A stretch of DNA of 64,000 bases from contig NC_058368.1 of assembly GCF_018350175.1 (NCBI RefSeq), positions 173,292,001-173,356,000 on the forward strand, in the 5' to 3' direction. This document shows, one piece after another, positions 55,747-64,000 of the stretch. The DNA comes from Felis catus (Eukaryota). Each line of letters begins with the position of its first letter. Position 1 is the first letter of the stretch. The notes beneath the pieces are model-generated. The model did not search any database. It had not been told where the DNA came from and saw only the letters and a program-made list of their open reading frames with translations. The position numbers were made by a program, and so were the translations under genes.

Positions 55747-57881
55747 AAAGATTTTCTTCCGTACTTGGACTTGGCCTCAGTCCCAGATATTCCTGCTGTG
55801 CCCTTGGGCTTAGCCAATTACCTGCATTCTTGAGGCAAAAGTGGCCACCATGCACGCCAGACCCATGCTTAACATCAAGTCTTCATGACTTTGGTAGTAT
55901 CCCTGCCATGGCCAGGGTACAGGCCTTGTCAGCCCTCATCTGGATCATTCTGGTTCTGAGCTTTGATCTGCCGTTGGGCCACTAATGATCCTTCTAAAAC
56001 CCAGATCCGATCACATGTTTCCTGATTTAAAATCTTCAGCAGCTCCCTATCTCTGGAATGGCTTGAAACTCCTTGGTATGGCATTAAGAGACCACTGCAT
56101 AATGTGGACTCAACTTATCTTCACAACCTCAACTTCTGCCACTCTTACCACGGCGACAGCAAGGCCAGCAGCTAAAAGGTCCTCAGTTCCCACTACACAC
56201 CTTGCTCTAAGCCACACATTATGGCATGGGCTTATTTGATGTCCTCATCCTGTAGGATAGGTAAGCCATGTCTCCATTTTACAGATGAGGGAAGTGAGGT
56301 GTAACTAAAGTAGCTAAGCAATTTGCTCCAGGTTGAACAGCAATAACAACAAAAATTATTATTAGAACTAGAATGTATTGACCATGAACTATTCCTGGCA
56401 CTGTTCCAAGCATTTCACAACTGCTACCCATTCAATCTTTAGACCAACCCTGTAAAGTCGGACTGACAGCCAAACATTTGACTTCTCCGTGCCTCAGTTT
56501 CATATCTGTAAAATGGGGAGGATAATGACAGCATCTCCTCAAAGCTCTGTCATGAGCAAATGTGTGAAAGTGCTTAAAAAGGGGTGGTTCCCAAGCAGGG
56601 GTGTGCCATTTTGGGTTTTGGGGAGATGCAAGTATAGCAGTAAGGCTGGGTTGAACGTTGAGGGCAGGAGGACAGATGAGGACCTCTGTCAGGAGGCAGT
56701 GGTCAGCAGCCAGGCTCTAGGAGGTAGAGGGAAGGAGAGAAGGAAGAGACAGGTTCGAGGTGACAGGGCTCAGGGCAGGACCAGGTCTGGGAAGTGCTGG
56801 AATCCAAGATGGTGCCCAGGGCAATGGCCCCGTGTGGCCAGAGCAGGGTCATGGGCAGAGGGCCTACTTAAGGGAGCCAGCCTAACACTGGCATGTCTTC
56901 ATTGGAGCAGAAAGAGGGGTCAATCCAAGGTTCACCCTGCAGGGAATGGAGCCTCTAGGATGCTCCTGTGTCTGTGCTGCTATATCACCCTTGGCATTGG
57001 AGACCTGGCCTTAGGGACAGGGAGAGGGGGGCCCTGGGGCCTCTACACCAGCTGACTGGAATTGCCAGCTGCAGTCCCATAAATCGTGCCCTGGCCCAGG
57101 CTGGCAGTCCATTAACATGAAAGATTTTATCGCGTTTTACAACCTCCCTGTCTTGTACGGCGACAGCAGGTAATTAAAACAATAATTGTTTTCTGATGTT
57201 GCTTCTGCTGAACGATAAAAGCTTCCAGTTATTTTCTTTTCACTGGGGTAAGGTGGGGGAGGAGGGGTCTGATCTGGGGGTACGGGGGTGGAGCGAGGGG
57301 CCACAGAAGTTTTGGAGGTGCAGAAGGGTGAGGAAGGGCCTCCCGAGTGGCTACTGTGGAGTGAGGCCAGCAGGAGCCTGATTCTCACTTGGCAAAGCTC
57401 TGAGGACCTCCTATCACACACACACTAGTACATAAGCAGATTCATGCCACACACATGCCCCCTGCAGGCACATCCTTCATGCCCAGACCTTGGCTGCCCT
57501 GTGAGCTGCTCTGGGGAGGCCATCCTGCTTGAGAGCCCCTAGGAGGGGAGGAGGGGGCTGGCAGCATCTGGGATCTGAAGGAAATCGTCTGCCCAAAACC
57601 CTTGGGAGCCCCTTATGGCAGCTCCCATCCATCCTGAGAGGGAGGCATAGACAGGTTCTAAAGAATGGAAGTGATGAGGAAGAGTTGGGGGGCGGGTTGG
57701 AGCCTATGAGTACAGCCCCAGTGCTAATGAACCTGTATTTCCTAGGTGCTCAGAGTCTGGCACACCAGAGGTGGCTTGCTGGGGAAGGGCTGGGCTTCCT
57801 CAAGTCACAGAGGGCTTGATTCAAGGATGACAGGATACATGGTATGGTGAGGGGTCTTCTATGCCCTTCTGTACCCATCCA

Positions 57882-57928
57882 TCCCTCCCTCCCTCCCTCC
57901 CTCCCTCCCTCCCTCCCTCCCTCCCTCC
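57882..57928. repeat. (TCCC)11 tract
   Basis: Read directly; abuts an L2 3' end. Confidence 0.95.
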
Positions 57929-57929
57929 A

Positions 57930-58210
57930 TCCACTTATCCAGCCAACAAATACTGAGCTTCTACTTAGTGCCAGGCCTGTTCTAGGCATAGGTGATATAG
58001 CAGGGAGCAGGTCACAGTCCCTCAAGAAGCTTGTGTTCTAATCCTGGGGGTGGGGGGGATAAAAAGTAAAGAAATCAGTAAAGGAGGTCACCTCTGATAT
58101 TGCAAAGTGCTGTGAAGGAAATAAGACAGAAGTTAAGCCGCTACTTGAGGTTAGAGGGCCAACGGGAGCCTCTCTGAGGAGGTGACTTTCAGTGAGTCTT
58201 GAATGACATG
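57930..58210 (-). mobile_element. L2 3' fragment
   Basis: CAACAAATACTGAGCTTCTAC...GTGCCAGGCCTGTTCTAGGC...GCCTCTCTGAGGAGGTGACTTT. Confidence 0.7.
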
Positions 58211-58987
58211 GAGAAGAGGGGGGAAGAGAGTAGGGGCTGAGGCTTCAGGGTCCCAGTACCTTCAAGGGGCCCTCAGACCTCCCTGTCTCCACCACCTGGT
58301 CCTGCCACATGCCTGCTCCTTGCAGCCCCACGTCCAGGAAGCCTGTGATGGACACAGGTGGGAGTAGGGTGATGACTGGCGTGAGCTCTGCTTGCGCGGG
58401 TGCCCGTGAATGACATCACATCTGGGGCTCCCCTGCCCCTGCCCCCCACCGCCCTCCAGGCCTGCAGTAAATCATCCTGATGCTTTAAAACAAATACTTC
58501 TTAATCACTAAAAATTGAAATGATTTCATGTGAAAATGTTAATGCATTCGGAATCACAGCCGCGCACTGCGTCTGACAAATTAGCACCCAGCCCGTCGCA
58601 TTGTTTGTAGCTACATTTATCCTGGTGATGAGACACACACACAAAACGGAGCAGAGGGGTGGCGAGGGCAGCTCCTGGCTGGGGGCATGCACAGAGGAGG
58701 AGGGAGGGGGCAGAGGGAAACAGGAGTCTCAGAGGGCAGAGAAAGGCCCAGCCCCATCTCTGACAGCCAGCCTGACCCCATTGCCTGCTGCAGGACTGCG
58801 TGTCCCCAGCTGCCCCAGTCCCCTCGACCTGCCCTTGGATGCCAGTTCTGGACCATGAGACCCTCACCAGGCAGGGCTGGCTGGCCTAGTGGCAGGCTCC
58901 CCAGGGACTCAGGCATTAGTAAAGCAGGAGCACCAGGAGAAGAGAAAAACAATTTTTGCAAGAATTTAATGTGTCAGAAGTAAACGT

Positions 58988-59605
58988 TAAGATGTAGAAA
59001 AACTGGAGCCCTCATGCTCATGCATGCAACATAAAATGGTGCAGTTGCTGAGGAAAACAATTTGGCATTTCCTCAAAATTAAACCCTAGAATTACCATTT
59101 GACCCAGCAATTCCACTCCTAGGTTTATACCAAAGATAACTGAAAATGGGGTTTTAAACAAATATTTGCATATGAGTATTCAAAGCAGCACTATTCACAA
59201 TAGCCAAAAGGTGAAAACAACCCAGATGGATGATAACGGATAAACAAAATGTGGTCGATCCATACAATGGAATATTGTTCGGCCGTAAAAAGGAATGAGG
59301 TACTGATACATGCTACAACACGGATGAACCTGGAAAACATTTCGCTCAGTGAAAGAAGCCAGACACAAAAGGCCACATGTTGTATAATTCAATTTTACAT
59401 GAAATACCCAGAATAGGCAAATCCGCAGGGACAGACAGCAAGCTGGTGTTGCCAGGGGCTGGGGGAAGGGGGAATGGGAAGTGACTGTTAACAGGGTGTC
59501 CCTTGGGGTGAAGAAAATATTTTGAAACTAAATAGAGGTGATGGTTGCACAGCATTGTGAATGTACTAAATGCCACTAAATTGTATACTTTAAAATGGTT
59601 AATTT
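58988..59605 (+). mobile_element. Old L1M (L1MB-like) 3' fragment
   Basis: GACCCAGCAATTCCACTCCTAGG...CTATTCACAATAGCCAAAAGG...TGCTACAACACGGATGAACC...TTGTATACTTTAAAATGG. Confidence 0.9.
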
Positions 59606-59617
59606 AAAAACAAAAAA

Positions 59618-59717
59618 AATTTTTTTTAAAGTAGGCTTCATGCTCAGCGTGGAGCCTAAGGCGGGGCTTGAACTCGCAACCCTGAGATCAAGAGTTGGAC
59701 ACTTAACTGACTGCCCT
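59618..59717 (-). mobile_element. Partial Can-SINE
   Basis: T tail, AAAGTAGGCTTCA...GGGGCTTGAACTC...GAGATCAAGAGTTGGACACTTAACTGACTG. Confidence 0.8.
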
Positions 59718-61533
59718 CTGCCTGCCCCTGCCTCAGGATCACCTCCATGAAAGCCCAGAGCTGGGTCATTCTGGATCATTTGCTTCATTTCACAAATGAG
59801 GCAGAGGAGAACATCCGGCCAGGGGCTCGCATTCTGAATACAGAGCAGTCCTGGGACCCAGGCCTCAGGACTGCCAGTCCAGGACAGTGTCTAGCCTCTC
59901 CAGACCTGGGCTCTCTCGTGCTGCACCCTCTTCTCCTAGTCACTTTCCTTATCCCTGTTGGACTTCTCAGATCTGCTTTGCAATTTTGTGCCTTTCTGGT
60001 AGGCAAGGGGGCATGTAGCATAAATGAACACAGAGATACGTCATTACGCTCTCTCTTCACCTAACTCCACGTCCCTGCACCCAGACCACAGTGGACCCTT
60101 TAGTAGCCAAGTTCATTCCCACCTCCAGGCTGCTGCACCCACAGTTGGATCTCCTGTCATTCAGGTCTCAGCTCATACCTCACCTCCTCAGAGAGGTCTG
60201 ACCATCCAGTCTAACCTGGCACCCAGCACGCCCGCATGAGCCCACTCATGGTCATGTGGTCACGTGGCCCTCTCTGCCTGCCTTCCAACTCCTGGAGAAC
60301 ATTCCTCATTATCTGAATCTACTAGTTTATGGTCATCTCCTCCCACTAGAGTGAGTTCCTTCCCATCTCCTCCCACTAGAGTGAGTTCCTCAAGGTAGGG
60401 CCAGCACCTGCCTTGCTCACTGAGTATCTACAGTGCGAAACACCTAGCCTGGCACCCAGGAGGTGCTCCATCAACACTTAATGACAGGTGTGCCCCCACC
60501 TTCACCTAGCCCTGTCCCCCAGGCCATCCTCTCCACCTCCCTCAAAAACTCACTAGGGCCCTGGGCCTTCTGCCCCACCCCCTTCTGCAGATGGCACACA
60601 GAGGGGCTAGGGCTGCGACCTGGCTCTGTGGTGGCTGCCATGTGACTTTGTGAGGTCACTTCACCTCTGAACCTACCTGCAGAGAGGTTAGGTGCAAGTG
60701 CTTTGCAAACACTCAGCAGTCAAGCTTGTCTTGCCCCTGCCCCCTTTGCTCGGGTTCCTCCTCTGAAGCATCCACCAGAACCCAAGCCTTTTCTGGCTCA
60801 TATCCTTGTACCCCAGCTCTATAATTTCTGAGTGTCCTCTGTGTCCTGGCACCCACTCCTCCCCACTCTCTAATGCTGGCTCTGGGCTTCTGCACAGGTC
60901 CCAAGCAGCTCCTCGTGGCCTCCTCCCAGCGCACAGGTCCTCCAGGCCTCATCTGCATGCTCCTTCCTTGCAGCCTTCCTTGTGGCTGCCTCCCAGCCCT
61001 GCTCAAAACTTAAAAATTTCCTGGATCCTATTGCTCTCTCTTTGGTCTGCTTCTGGCTTCCTCAGAATCTCCTCCCAAATTTTCCTTTTCCATCTCAATT
61101 GCAGCCATTCCCCAATCGCTCTTTAGAATGGGATCTGAGCTCACGGTACCCATGACCAGCTCCTTAGGAATGGGTCTTTCATCTCCACTTCCCACCCTCA
61201 TTGCATCTCAAAGTGCCAGTCCTGGCTTTCCAGTGATCTTTTAGATGTTTGTACCTGCCCATCTGCCACTGCCTCAAACTGAACAGGTGAAATGTGATGC
61301 CCCAAACATTTGTGACAGCCCCAAACAGGCTCTCCTTGCTGGAAGGGAGGGAAAGGGAAGGAGTGTGCCTGCACATGTTTTTAGGGCTTGCTATGTGCAG
61401 AGCACTGTGTGGGGTGGAGAGTGCAGCCTTGTGCGCATGGGCAGTGGGGGTGCACACCTGTCAAGGTGACAGCCTGGTCCTAGCTCCTGCCGACCCAGGG
61501 AAATGGGCTCATAGTGCCCAGGTCTGATTTTTC

Positions 61534-61761
61534 TTTTTTCCTTTCTGAAAACGTTTTAACGTTTATTTATTTTTGAGAGACAGAAAAAGACAGAGCGTGA
61601 GCGGGGGAGGGGCAGAGAGAGAGGGAGACATAGAATCTGAAGCAGGCTCCAGGCTCTGAGCTTTCAGCACAGAGCCTGACGTGGGGCTTGAACCCACCAA
61701 CCATGAGATCATGACCTGATCCAAAGTCGGATACTAGGCGACTGAGCCACCCAGGTGCCCC
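61534..61761 (-). mobile_element. Can-SINE (SINEC_Fc-like)
   Basis: Reverse head ...GACTGAGCCACCCAGGTGCCCC, GA tract, T tail; flanked by TCTGATTTTTC at 61523-61533 and 61767-61777. Confidence 0.92.
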
Positions 61762-64000
61762 CTATATCTGATTTTTCAAGGGAAGCCTGAAATCTGGATT
61801 TTTTTGTGTGTGCATTCTCTATTTTTTAGAATGTTGCATCTGCTACCTGGAGGGTGAATGCCCTGCACACTGCCACCTTTGGGTGCCTTTCTCCCATCAT
61901 CATGTGTTCCTCCTGAGATCCTGTGCCAGGCCTCTTTCAGGTACAGGGTACCAAAACCCAATCCACACTGGCAGAAGCCTAAAACAGGAAGCTCTTGGCT
62001 TAAGGGCCGGAAAGGCTGTTGGGGCAGCTCACAGGACTGATAGAAAAGTTCAGGGAACTGAGTCTCCAGGGCCTTGGGACACTCTTCCCCTCTGTTTGTC
62101 TCTGATTTGCCTGTGTATTGGCCTCACTCTTCTCACCAGACAGGCTCTCTCCACACAAGGGGGAAGTAGCTACCACTGGTCCAACATTCCCACCTGCATC
62201 TTCACAGGCTAAACCCAGAGGCAGAGATGGCAACTTCTCCACCTGCAAGTGAGAAAAGCCATGAAAAGAATCCTGATTGGTCATGTGGCCACTTGGGATC
62301 AATTCACGTTGCCCAGGATCTCCATCAGGATTTGCCCATGAAGATGCTTTCCCTGGGGGACGGATGGAACCCTATGACTGACAGTCCCAACAGGACCACA
62401 TGGTATTGGGGAGGAGGTCACCTAAGGGAGGGTAGGGGTGCTATGCCCACGAGACCATGTGTTGAGTACTCAAAACTACAGAGAAACTACAACACCTCAC
62501 GAGATGGGGTCAATTCTCCGGAAAGCCCAGTTCCCAAAGGGCAAGAAACTCCTCAAGGACAATGAGTGAGGGTGGGCCTGAGAGGAATCCGAGTCCGTTC
62601 TGGAGCCCCATCTTTTCCCCTTTACCACGAAGCCTCACCAAGGCCACCTGCCTCCCACCCATGGTCTCCTTGACAGGTCCCAACAGGGAATGTTCCAACA
62701 GCCCCACCGACTGGGAGTTCACTTCCTGCTAAGTCTACCCATGTCACTGCTTGTTAGGAAGGTCTTTCTCAGCCTCCTGTGCCTCTCACCTGCTGGTCCT
62801 GACCCTGCTCTCTGGGGCTACACAGAACAAAGCAAATCCACTTTCCTTTCCTGCCTCCAGTGCCTTAAATTAAATAACACAACCCCGTCGCCACCCAGAC
62901 CTTTGAGGACTTCTCTCTTAGGACATGACTTTAAGTCTACCCCTTGGTTTCCCATGGGCCAGAGCCAGTTTCTGTTGCTTATGGCCAAAGTGCCCAGACT
63001 GATGGCCATGCTCTGGAGAGGGCCTGGCAGGGTGGAGCTCCCTGGTTGGGGCCCCCAGTACTGTGGGGCCTTCTTGCTCTCCCGGCTTCTTTCTCATTCA
63101 TTACACAGCTCCCAAGCCATTTTCTCTTTCTGACATCACTTCCCGTGGCTCAAAAGCTCTGAATCATGTTTGCCTCTTCCTGGTCCCATGCCTTCCACAT
63201 GTAACATCCAGAGGCTCCTCCTTTCAAATGTCTCCCACAACCATCTCTCACTCTATCCCTGCTGCTTGCTCTCTGGGAAGGGGAGTCCTCATCATTTCTT
63301 GCCTGGATGACCACCATAGCCTCCTGGCTGGTCTCCTTGCCTCCAGCCTCACCCTGCTCCCAATCTATCCTCGATGCGCTGCCAGATTAATCTTCCTTAA
63401 ACACCATTCACCTCCTGTCTCTCCCCAGATCAACGATGCAGCCAGCCCTATCGCTTGTTGGTCCCCCGCAGGCACTGTCTGCTTCTGCTGGGCTGTGCCT
63501 CCTGGCTCCCCTGTACACACACTGTCACTATGGAATGCCTGCGCCCTGCCCCATCCGTTCACTGTCTGGTCCAATCCCACCACATGCCAAGGTCCCAGGT
63601 GGAGTCCCTTTCTTCTGGCCTTAGGGACCGCCAGAGCTCAGAAGCAGAGCATGGCGGGGAGTGGCGGGGGGAGGGGGGAGGTGGTGGCCAGGGACGAGCC
63701 CCGAAGCCACAGTCCACCCTACAGGCCAGCAGGTAGGTTATCCATGCCCGGCCAATCTAGGCTCTCAAATGTCGCTATGGCCCCTGCCACCTCTCTGCTC
63801 ATCCTTACACCCCAGCCCGCCTCCAGGCTGTTAGGAGTCATACCTGGCCAAGTCACCGGGGGTGAGTCATCCTTCACCACATCAACTTTCCTTCTCAAAC
63901 CCTTCCATGAAAGCTTGTCACCCCAGAATAAGCACCTTCCCAAGATTCCAGACCTGCAGGGTCTTGCCCTTGAGGCTCTCTGTCAGTGCTGTCAGCCAGG

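Larger units (their letters stand above)
29425..64000 (-). other. UNC5A: UNC5A intron 1 (3' part, >34 kb)
   Basis: No signal-peptide exon or CpG island seen upstream of exon 2 within the window; repeat-rich. Confidence 0.85.

Noticed and set aside
33417..61761. Oppositely oriented SINEC pairs as dsRNA/editing or circularisation elements
   Set aside because: Pairs are 6-14 kb apart, partly from different subtypes, and do not bracket any exon
29425..64000. Many 60-230 aa ORFs in UNC5A intron 1 (e.g. 40672..41343, 53997..54692, 49370..49918, 56489..57055)
   Set aside because: No recognisable domains, Pro/Ser/Gly-rich composition expected of GC-rich non-coding DNA, many with TTG/GTG starts, no consistent splice pattern. 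Only the L1 ORF2 fragment is a real coding remnant.

Overview
Mammalian genomic DNA, almost certainly from a felid (cat-type SINEC and L1 repeats). It holds two convergent multi-exon genes. (1) HK3 (hexokinase 3) lies on the + strand: the complete CDS has 18 coding exons from ATG 178 to TGA 13468-13470, 2775 nt, 924 aa. Its non-coding exon 1 is presumably upstream of the window. (2) UNC5A (netrin receptor) lies on the - strand with 15 coding exons from 29424 down to the stop at 14648-14650. These include the 168-nt first-TSP1 cassette exon. Its signal-peptide exon 1 is not seen and should lie beyond position 64000, so 29425-64000 is UNC5A intron 1. The two 3' ends meet, and appear to overlap, on one ~30-bp AT-rich element near 13620-13650. 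Intron 1 carries SINEC, L1, L2, MIR and MaLR repeats, microsatellites, several AT-rich homeodomain-motif islands and a tandem pair of RE1/REST sites. I found no evidence of a wholly new biological system. The best leads are the shared bidirectional poly(A) element, the RE1 doublet, a candidate unannotated cassette/poison exon between the UNC5A TSP1-2 and transmembrane exons, and a rare GAG 3' splice site. Exon boundaries were read by hand from GT/AG sites and frame continuity. Comparisons with human/rodent orthologues and repeat-family names come from recall, not from a search.
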